This document shows positions 11,274-19,835 of a stretch of 40,029 bases of DNA, piece after piece; positions within the stretch are counted from its first letter, which is position 1; the number at the start of each line of letters is the position of its first letter. The DNA is from Octopus bimaculoides (taxonomy: Eukaryota). A program made the position numbers and the translations under genes. The notes under the pieces are model-generated. The model worked only from the letters and a program-made list of their open reading frames with translations. It did not search any database and was not told the DNA's origin. The stretch is from positions 16,317,003-16,357,031 of the forward strand of contig NC_068984.1 in NCBI RefSeq assembly GCF_001194135.2, written 5' to 3'.

Positions 11274-11693
11274 CTAAGGAGTATTGTGGAAATATACTGT
11301 ATGGTCGTTTAGGCATTTGGATTTGTAGTAGAATTTGAATGTGTGAAAAAAGCAGTGGTTGCATGTGCTTAGTGTCTCATTATGTTTATTTAGGAGTGTT
11401 GAAGAGTTGTGCTCTAATTTGTGAAGCGCCTCCTTCAGGCAAAGCTTGCAGTCTGAGCGTTGACCTTGGTAGGGAAGCTCTGAATCCAATATGGACCATG
11501 ATAAAGTATAAGGTATATTTGTATTTTTGAGATGATGTATGTGGTTAGCGAGTGTTGTAGATTTACTATGTTTATCATATCTAAAAGAATGGAGGTGAGC
11601 GGTATATCGTTGCTTAAAATGTTTGGTTGATCCTATATATATGGCTGTAGAGCTGTGTAATGTATTAAGGACAGTGCATTTGTAAATTACATT
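11274..11693 (-). mobile_element. Penelope-like element GIY-YIG endonuclease domain (stop-free, 139 codons)
   Basis: Manual translation: NVIYKCTVLNTLHSSTAIYIGSTKHFKQRYTAHLHSFRYDKHSKSTTLANHIHHLKNTNIPYTLSWSILDSELPYQGQRSDCKLCLKEALHKLEHNSSTLLNKHNETLSTCNH...*. It has the VIY/YIG motifs, the conserved R and H, CxxC, and LLNK. Confidence 0.85.
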
Positions 11694-11704
11694 ATATATA
11701 TAAA

Positions 11705-12605
11705 CAGGGTGGCTGAAAAGTAAGTAGGCATTAAAAAATTGGTAATAAAACCCATATTCCTTTTACAAATTTATTGAAACAAATGATACATGCTCTTGAT
11801 TATATGAGAAAATGAAAATAAATCTTCATATTTCAACGTAAGTACTGGTGGCGTCAACCAGTTTCCTCAAATGGCCAGGGGTAGAATGAACAACCTTCTG
11901 AAGGACGTCGTCTGGGATATCATTGAGAATCTCCTGAATCCGTGTCTCCAAGTCCTCCAGTATGCGATCGGTATTATAACATCCGAGCCTCGTCACTCCA
12001 AAGGATGTTTTCAAACAATTCAGGCCAATCTTCATACCAACCTAGCATTAACTCTCAATGTTCCATTCTGCGGTCACAGTTTTCAGGTTTTATCTCTTGC
12101 ACGTAATGGGGTTTCCACGGACGAAAATTCAATTCTTTATGCAACATGTACTTATTGTGTGTCTTGTTTGTCCACTTTCAGAAGCTGTTTGACATGTTGA
12201 TTTCTGCGGGCTGTGATTAAACATCTCCTGCACTGTTGCCACGTTCTCTGCTGATCGGGATGTGGTTGGACAGCTACTACTTCTTGCATCGTTCACAGAG
12301 CCCGTGGTCATCAGCTTTGCATGACAACTTTTTATCATCTCCGGAAGTAGTGTTGCATGCTTATCTTTCCATGCATGCCACTATATCTGAACCAAAAACA
12401 ACGGAATTCTACACTTCATCGCGTGCTGATTTTAACTCGCTCCTGAACAGTCAGGTGACTGGCCATCTGAAAAATAAGACAAAAATAAAAAAATAAAAGA
12501 TCTCCATTAGTGTTGTCTGTTTAAAAAATGTTTTCGTCATGGCTTCAATGATACCAAAAATTTTAAAAGCAATTTCTGATGCTTAGTTACTTTCCCCCCA
12601 CGCTC
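11705..12605 (-). mobile_element. Tc1/mariner-superfamily (maT-like) transposon, internally deleted
   Basis: Degenerate TIRs cagggtggctgaaaagtaagtaggcatt versus RC gagcgtgggggaaagtaactaagcatc. Fragments TGSVNDARSSSCPTTSRSAENV...SPQKST and LEDLETRIQEIL...LRKLVDATSTYVEI. Confidence 0.8.
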
Positions 12606-12757
12606 TATATACGTGTGTGTGTGTGTGTGCAAAGCGGATATACACGAAGTACAATCATTGCTAGAAATAGAAGCCGGTAAGTTATCGGCGCTATGTAGAG
12701 ATTCACTGATTGTCTTGCTGGATAATAATATATTTAATAATATTTATATTTCATGTA

Positions 12758-12801
12758 TACACACACACACGCACACACATGCACATACGCACACACACAC
12801 G

Positions 12802-12875
<74 letters not shown>
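12758..12875. repeat. (CA)n microsatellite
   Basis: Direct inspection. Confidence 0.95.
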
Positions 12876-12878
<3 letters not shown>

Positions 12879-12881
12879 TCT

Positions 12882-13275
12882 TTTACTATTTTATTTATTT
12901 CAGTCATTTGACTGTCGCCATGCTGGAGCACCGCCTTTAGTCGAGCAAATCGACCCCAGGACTTATTCTTTGTAAGCCTAGTACTTATTCTATCGGTCTC
13001 TTTTGCCGAACCGCTAAGTTACGGGGACGTAAACACACCAGCATCGGTTGTCAAGCGATGTTGGGGGGACAAACACAGACACACAAACATATACACACAC
13101 ATACATATATATACATATATACGACGGGCTTCTTTCAGTTTCCATCTACCAAACCCACTCACAAGGCTTTGGTCGGCCCGAGGCTATAGTAGAAGACACC
13201 TTCCCAAGGTGGGACTGAACCCGGAACCATGTGGTTTGTAAGCAAGCTACTTACCACACAGCCACACCTACGCCT
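12882..13275 (-). mobile_element. SINE family B, near full length
   Basis: Reverse complement of the 16760-17137 copy. Confidence 0.9.
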
Positions 13276-13289
13276 TTACATATATATAA

Positions 13290-13775
13290 AAGAATACCAA
13301 AAATGGGACAAAACGCAAATCATCCAGACAGACGATACAAAAAAACAAGGACGGGTCATTCGGAGTTTTCTTTCCTCAGTCGAGTTCCAGATTATCTTTG
13401 CAATTTCGGCTGGTTATACTCGAGATTGCTCCAATCTGGCTAGCTCCAAGGAAAAAGCTAAGCTAAGAGCACTAGATTCCTTGGAAGAAAGCAGGGAATG
13501 TATACGAAAACAAGGACGGAAAAACGGAGAAATGTTACACAAATGCAAATGCAAATAAAGGACAGAGAGAAAGAGACGTAGCGAGCAAATACCAATATGA
13601 TTGCCTGAACACCACTTTATGTATGCATGTACTAGACGAAACTCAGACTGCAATATTGACGCAACACAATATGACGCACATCATCACATAAAGGACAGTC
13701 GCAGGATGGGTCGAAACGATCGACGTCAGGAATAAAGACAAATACCAAATCCAGCTTCTGTTTCATCAATCGATT
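13290..13775. mobile_element. Probable Penelope-type terminal (pLTR-like) remnant
   Basis: Non-coding; ends in GTCGAAACGATCGACGTCAGGAATAAA next to (TA)n. The assignment rests on general resemblance to PLE termini only. Confidence 0.35.
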
Positions 13776-13795
13776 ATGTATATATATATATATAT

Positions 13796-14138
13796 NNNNN
13801 NNNNNNNNNNNNNNNNNNNNNNNNNNNNNNNNNNNNNNNNNNNNNNNNNNNNNNNNNNNNNNNNNNNNNNNNNNNNNNNNNNNNNNNNNNNNNNNNNNNN
13901 NNNNNNNNNNNNNNNNNNNNNNNNNNNNNNNNNNNNNNNNNNNNNNNNNNNNNNNNNNNNNNNNNNNNNNNNNNNNNNNNNNNNNNNNNNNNNNNNNNNN
14001 NNNNNNNNNNNNNNNNNNNNNNNNNNNNNNNNNNNNNNNNNNNNNNNNNNNNNNNNNNNNNNNNNNNNNNNNNNNNNNNNNNNNNNNNNNNNNNNNNNNN
14101 NNNNNNNNNNNNNNNNNNNNNNNNNNNNNNNNNNNNNN
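13796..14138. other. Assembly gap (N run)
   Basis: N run flanked by (TA)n on both sides. Confidence 0.99.
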
Positions 14139-14154
14139 TATATATATATATATA

Positions 14155-14332
14155 TTATTGTGTCTGTGGAGAATCGTTCTGTTTCAATGCCTTATTAATT
14201 AATACACTCACCGGTTCGATTTCCACTCATTTACTTATTTATCTTTTCTAATATTTTTTTTTTGCTTCTTGCAACCTCTTCAATACTTGCTGACTCTGTC
14301 CGTTACCGGAGCTGCGTTCTTTTTGCTTCTTT
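14155..14332 (+). repeat. ~180-bp interspersed repeat with a second inverted copy at 27965-28143
   Basis: TTATTGTGTCTG..AGA...AATGCCTTAT...GTTCGATTTCCAC.CATTTACTTATTTAT...TCTTCAATA...GACTCT.TCCGTTA.CGGAGCTG.GTTCTTTTTGCTT aligns along the whole length. Both copies run into (TG/TA)-rich microsatellite. Confidence 0.85.
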
Positions 14333-14720
14333 GTGCGCATGCGTATGCCTCAGTGTGCCTGTGTATACACATATGTATATATGTATTATGTATGCGTGTT
14401 TGTATATGCATATATATATGTATCCATGTGTTTGTGTGTTCATGTTTGTGTGTGTATGTGTTTGTGTGTGTACCTCTATCTCCTTGTGTGTGCATGTTTG
14501 ACTTTGTCTATATGTATGGGTTTGTGTGACTAAATACATGCGTCTCGTTCCACACACACGTCTCTCTCTCTCTCTCTCTCCCTGTCTCTCTCTATCTCTT
14601 TTATACTGTATGTATTTCTATAGCTACGTATATGCCTGTGTGCGTGGGTGTGTATGTCTATGCGTGTATAAGTTTTACTTATGTATGCGTCTGTACACGT
14701 GCGTGTCTCGTTTGTGTACA
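14333..14720. repeat. Degenerate (TG)n/(TA)n/(CT)n compound microsatellite
   Basis: Direct inspection; source of several spurious ORFs. Confidence 0.9.
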
Positions 14721-15501
14721 AATGATAAAATTTTCTGTTCGTACAGAATTTAAAAACTGCAAAGAAACATTACATGTCTGTGTTTTCTTCCTGACTCTGC
14801 AAAACCTGCAGAAATAGATTATTGACTAACGCTATTTTGTGCTGATGGGGCGGTTAACGTCCGGAATTGTAATGTTGTCGCCTTTCTAACCGGCTTTTGC
14901 ATCATAGGTGAAAAAAAAAATATCGTGAATGCGATGTGAAAAATAGCACTAGCCAATGTGTTAGACTAAATTGGAAACCACTGTGTCCTCCAGCACAGAT
15001 GTATTGAGTTATTGTTGTTGTTGTTGTTGCTGTTGTCATTTCTTCCAATGTTATTGTTATTTAGCACCACATCAGTTCTAATCGAGCAGATCTGCTAGCA
15101 AAAACTTTCCAGTCGTAATTTTCCAGTTTCATTTAACACTTTTGCAACCAAATTGTCGTTGATCTGTGCTATCCAAAGGTGTACTTATTCCAAAAATGTT
15201 TTAGTTTGATCTGAGAGATTTGGCTGTTATTTCTAGCAATTTAAATGACGCCGTAGAAGTTTGCTCGTAGGATAAGTCAGATTGATGAAGGCCAGGTTTC
15301 TTCAGAAAAAAAAAGTTCAAAAGACAGTTCAATATTTTCAATTGTTGTGAATACATACTATAAAATGAGAATTCTTAAGACAGGAATCACTTATCATATT
15401 TAAAATACAAGCTAGACTGCTCCATCAGTAAGGTAAGTAACGTTTCTATAGAAATTGATCTCTCAGTTTCGGTTATCGATTTCAGCTGTCACAATATAAC
15501 A

Positions 15502-15720
15502 TAATCCTTTCTACTAAAGGCACAAGGCCTGTAATTTTGGGGAGGGGACTAGTCGATTACATCGACCCCAGTCTTCCACTGGTACTTAAGTTATTGACCC
15601 CGAAAGGATGAAAGGCATAGTCGACCTCGGTGGAAGTTGAATTTAGAACGTAAAGACGGACGAAATGCCGCTAAGCATTTTGTCCGGCTTGCTAATGATT
15701 CTGTCAGCTCGCCGCTCACA
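15502..15720 (-). mobile_element. SINE family A
   Basis: Reverse complement of the 431-635 type. Confidence 0.88.
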
Positions 15721-15759
15721 GTATAACATAAAATGATATACTATAATATGTGAAAATCC

Positions 15760-16030
15760 GTAGCCTAAAGGTAAGGGTGTTGCACGTGTGATCGTGGTTT
15801 CGATTCCCAGACCGTCGGTCCGTTGTGTCCTTGAGCAAAACACTTCATTTCACGTTGCTGCAGTCCTCTCAGCTGTAAATGGTTGACCCTGCAGCAGTCC
15901 CGGGGTAATGTTGGACTAACCACCTAGACAGCGGGGTGGCATTAATCGGAAGCTATAACAATGCGAGGAAACGCATTGTGACCAGCGGTGTATAACAACA
16001 TCCGATAATCTGGTCGATACAGTGACATGA
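15760..16030 (+). mobile_element. SINE family C variant (same head and CORE-like middle, different tail)
   Basis: GGTTTCGATTCCC...GTTGTGTCCTTGAGCAAAACACTTCATTTCACGTTGCT as in 6131-6461, but the tail is GACCAGCGGTGTATAACAACATC. Confidence 0.75.
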
Positions 16031-16031
16031 T

Positions 16032-16210
16032 ATAATTCCTTCTACTAAAAGGACCAGACCTGAAATTTTGGGGAAAGGGGTTAGTGATTACATCAATCCC
16101 AGTGCTTGGCTCATATTTATTTCATTGAACTTCGAGAAAATAAAAGGCGAGGTCAACCTAGTCGGAATGTGAACTTAGAAAGTAAAAACGAACCATCTTG
16201 CCGCCTTTAT
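16032..16210 (-). mobile_element. SINE family A, degenerate
   Basis: CCTGAAATTTTGGGGAAAGG...CGAGGTCAACCT...GAACTTAGAA, reverse complement of family A. Confidence 0.7.
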
Positions 16211-16314
16211 AATATAATATTATACAATGCTGTAGCTGCATTATTCAAAATTGTGACCTCCATTTCTCCAATGCCCATGAGGGGAGTTTTGTAATCAGAA
16301 ATTGTATACATTCA

Positions 16315-16468
16315 TACATGCATACTTATAGACCTATGTATGTACATGTGTATGCAGATAAGTACGCATGTATGTATGTATGTATGTATGTATGTATGTA
16401 TGTATGTATCTATGTATGTATCTATGTATGTACGTACGTACGTACGTACGTATGTATGTATGCATGTA
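16315..16468. repeat. (TATG)n/(TACG)n tetranucleotide array
   Basis: Direct inspection. Confidence 0.9.
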
Positions 16469-16708
16469 TTTTGAGAGAGCACGTATCCAGCATGAAGAAT
16501 TTAAACGAGCTGCGAGAAAGTGCACGGCTCGTATAGTGAATGGGGAAAGCTTAATCTGCAATGTTTGCAGTCGTGTATGCTTATCAAGAGCAGGGCTCAT
16601 TAGCCACCAACAGAGCCGTAAATGCAAAATGTAAGTTAGTACTAGAGCGCAGAATGTTCCTGAAGGTCGGCAATGGTTTTCCTCGGTCACGAGTGGACGG
16701 CCATCATG
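16466..16708 (+). mobile_element. RTE-clade LINE 3' end
   Basis: FERARIQHEEFKRAARK...LICNVCSRVCLSRAGLISHQQ matches the RTE C-terminal FE..R....KR..RK...C..C.R.C.SR.GL.SH motif, followed by a short 3' UTR. Confidence 0.75.
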
Positions 16709-16759
16709 TATGCATGCATGCATGCATGTGTGTACGTAAGCATGATATATATGTTTGTA

Positions 16760-17137
16760 TATAGGCGCAGGAGTGACTGTGTGGTAAGTAGCTTGCTTAC
16801 CAACCACATGGCTCCGAGTTCAGTCCCACCTTGGGCAAGTGTCTTCTACTATAGCCTCGGGCCGACCAAAGCCTTGTGAGTGGATTTGGTAGAGGAAACT
16901 GAAGGAATCCCGTCATATATATGTGTGTGTGTCTGTGTGTGTCTGTGTTTGTCCCCCACCATCGCTTGACAACCGATGCTGGTGTGTTCACGTCTCCGTA
17001 ACTTAGCGGTTCTGCAAAAGAGACCTATAGAATAAGTACTAGGCTTACAAAGAATATAGTTCTGGGGTCGATTTGTTGGACTAAAGGTGGTGCTCCAGCA
17101 TGGCCGCAGTCAAGTGACTGAAACAAGTAAAAGAGTA
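16760..17137 (+). mobile_element. SINE family B, full length
   Basis: tRNA-like head, CORE-like CCTTGGGCAAGTG, internal (TG)n, tail GACTGAAACAAGTAAAAGAGT followed by (TATG)n. Confidence 0.92.
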
Positions 17138-17221
17138 TGTATGTATGTATGTATATTTTTATATTGTCAAGCGTATGCGATATTATAACTGCATAGAATG
17201 TAACCCTGGATTTTGCGCTGA

Positions 17222-18020
17222 TTATTGCATCTGGCAATATTCGCGATTCTTGAGACATGGTAGCCGGATGTGCTTCCTTGCAGTATGTCCAAAGAGTCGA
17301 CAGTCACATTCTAGCCATTCATATGCCATAAGCAGGAATATATTGCTCGAAGACATAAAAATATAACGTGCCGTCTCTCCAATGTAAGTAGTTGTTGAGG
17401 GACGGTACAGAAACAAGACAACAACTTGCATTAGGAAGATGGCATGTAGCATAGAGGAGCGGATAGGCGAACACTGGCGGGAGCTCAAGAAGGAGAAAAG
17501 CTCGTCAGTGCACAATCAACATGCTCAACTAGAACATAGAAACTCAGTTGATAATATTGAAATTAAGGTATTATCAACACATAGAACAGACACAACACTT
17601 AGACAGATAGTAATAGACGCAGTTATAGACAGGCCGAGCCTCAACAGAAAACACGCATGGAACAATAACACACCACACCACCACACCACGCAATACGATG
17701 ACTAAAGACAGAAAGAAAAAAAGACACAGATACAAACAGTATAATATGATGAAATATAAGAAATAGAGATAAATAAGTAAATAAAAGGGAAAAAAAACTA
17801 TATAAAAAGAAAGAATACAAGTAATTTAGTAAGTAAGCCCATACACATACACACACACATACGCGTACACACACGCACAAGCACACACAGACGTAAACGC
17901 ATGCGCAGATAAGGATATACATCCCAGAGAGACAGAATAGACTAAACAGAACAGGTGGATGGAGGGGCCGCTGAAGATATCCAGACAATGGACTTAAGAT
18001 AGACTAAGAGCAATAATAAA
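17222..18020 (+). mobile_element. Degenerate Penelope-like GIY-YIG 3' fragment with 3' UTR
   Basis: TTCIRKMACSIEERIGEHW...SSVHNQHA...IKVL...RQIV...RPSLNR follows the YIGET.R....R..EH...S.V..H...N R pattern. An intact YIGETAR lies inverted at 17366-17392. Confidence 0.65.
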
Positions 18021-18141
18021 CGAGTGAAGAAAAAATGCATATAGCGCGTGTGTTTATTTGGCAAAAGCAAAAAGAGAAATGATCATCCCGAAATAAAATA
18101 TAATAATATCTGTTTCAGCACACGATTTCACATCAGGAAAT

Positions 18142-18196
<55 letters not shown>

Positions 18197-18533
18197 NNNN
18201 NNNNNNNNNNNNNNNNNNNNNNNNNNNNNNNNNNNNNNNNNNNNNNNNNNNNNNNNNNNNNNNNNNNNNNNNNNNNNNNNNNNNNNNNNNNNNNNNNNNN
18301 NNNNNNNNNNNNNNNNNNNNNNNNNNNNNNNNNNNNNNNNNNNNNNNNNNNNNNNNNNNNNNNNNNNNNNNNNNNNNNNNNNNNNNNNNNNNNNNNNNNN
18401 NNNNNNNNNNNNNNNNNNNNNNNNNNNNNNNNNNNNNNNNNNNNNNNNNNNNNNNNNNNNNNNNNNNNNNNNNNNNNNNNNNNNNNNNNNNNNNNNNNNN
18501 NNNNNNNNNNNNNNNNNNNNNNNNNNNNNNNNN
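18197..18533. other. Assembly gap (N run)
   Basis: N run after (TA)n. Confidence 0.99.
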
Positions 18534-18633
18534 AGAAGCAGATAATTGGGCTAGTTAGCCATTGATTTAATCATGCGGAGACTATCTCCACATAATTAAA
18601 TCAATGGCTAACTAGCCCAATCGACTTGCTTCT
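18534..18633. repeat. Near-perfect 100-nt inverted repeat (hairpin)
   Basis: 18545-18571 is the exact reverse complement of 18595-18621 (27 bp). Inner pairing continues to a 3-nt loop, and outer AGAAGCA pairs with TGCTTCT. Confidence 0.95.
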
Positions 18634-18663
18634 TCTTGTGTTTGTTTCTCCATTCTCCACTTG

Positions 18664-18698
<35 letters not shown>

Positions 18699-18699
18699 A

Positions 18700-18945
18700 A
18701 CGTCCTTCCCGAGCCAGAGGCTCATAAGGCCGGTTTCCCGGATTCTGTGGTGTATATTATTCTCCCGCCCTGGACAAGACACCAGTCTGTCACAGGATTA
18801 CTCATTTTTCTTCCGGCTGACTGGATTGGAGCAACGTGAAATGAAGTGCTTAGCTCAAGTAAACAACATATCGCCTGATCCAGGGATCGAATAGAAAATC
18901 TTGCAATCATGAATACAAGACCCAAACCACTAATCACGCGCCTCC
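18700..18945 (-). mobile_element. SINE family C variant (third tail type)
   Basis: RC reads GGAGGCGCGTGATTAGTGG...CTTGAGCTAAGCACTTCATTTCACGTTGCTCCA...GACTGGTGTCTTGTCCAGGG...GAAACCGGCC. Confidence 0.75.
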
Positions 18946-19469
18946 ACACACACACACACAGAAATACACACACACACACACATTTATATATACATATTCG
19001 TATATGTTTTAAGTGTATCCTTGTATGTACTGCTGCTTCGTGGTGTTTACGTTATTGTAAGCCGAGACACGCCCTTTAATGTCAAAAGTATATCTGAGCG
19101 TTAAGAAATGTGCAAGTCTGAACAGGATATTTGATCGATATGATAAACTAAAACCCGTGAAGATGATATCCCTACATTTCTTGCCAAGTGACGGAGAATA
19201 GAAAAAAATGTTTAACAATTCAAAAATATGTTGAGGTTACAAATAAATTTTCACAATTATTTCGGGAAACATTTCAATGACCCTCGTTTCATCGAGTAAG
19301 GATCACAACTGCTCACACTCAAGAGCCATCTCGAAGATTCAGGTTTTGAAGAACCTGTAATTTCTCATTAAGTTTGCTCTGAAACTCACTTAAAATTTGG
19401 CAACTCACATTATAATGAAATTTCACCAGCGAATATTCCTTTGCAACATCTCACTGCTAAATTATAATT

Positions 19470-19835
19470 CATCTTTCATTATGTTTGTCATTTTGTTTTT
19501 CTTCCTTCCTTCTTTCTTTTTATTCTTTCTTCTTTCGTTTCTTTATCTATTTCCTCTCTCCATTTCTTGCTTAACTGCTTCTTTCTTTCTGTTTTTCTTT
19601 CTTCTCTCGCACGTCTCTCGTTTTTCCTTCTCTCCCTCTCTATCTCTTCTCTCAATTTACTTTTTATTTTACTTTCACTCTTTATCTATCTCCTCTCTCA
19701 CTTTACTTTTTGTTTTACTTCCTCTTTCTATCTTTCTTTCTCTTCCCTATCTTGTTTCTCTTCTCTCATTCTTTGTATAGCTTTCTCTCTCATCTCATTC
19801 TCTTTCTTCTTTCCTTTTCCCCTGCTTCACCACTA
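19470..19835. repeat. Long polypyrimidine (CT-rich) low-complexity tract
   Basis: Almost entirely C/T on the plus strand; explains the Phe/Leu/Ser-rich ORFs 19397-19836. Confidence 0.9.

Noticed and set aside
13350-13390. Minus-strand CTGAGGA...CTCCGAATGAC, hammerhead-like
   Set aside because: No GAAA, poor stem II and no stem I pairing.
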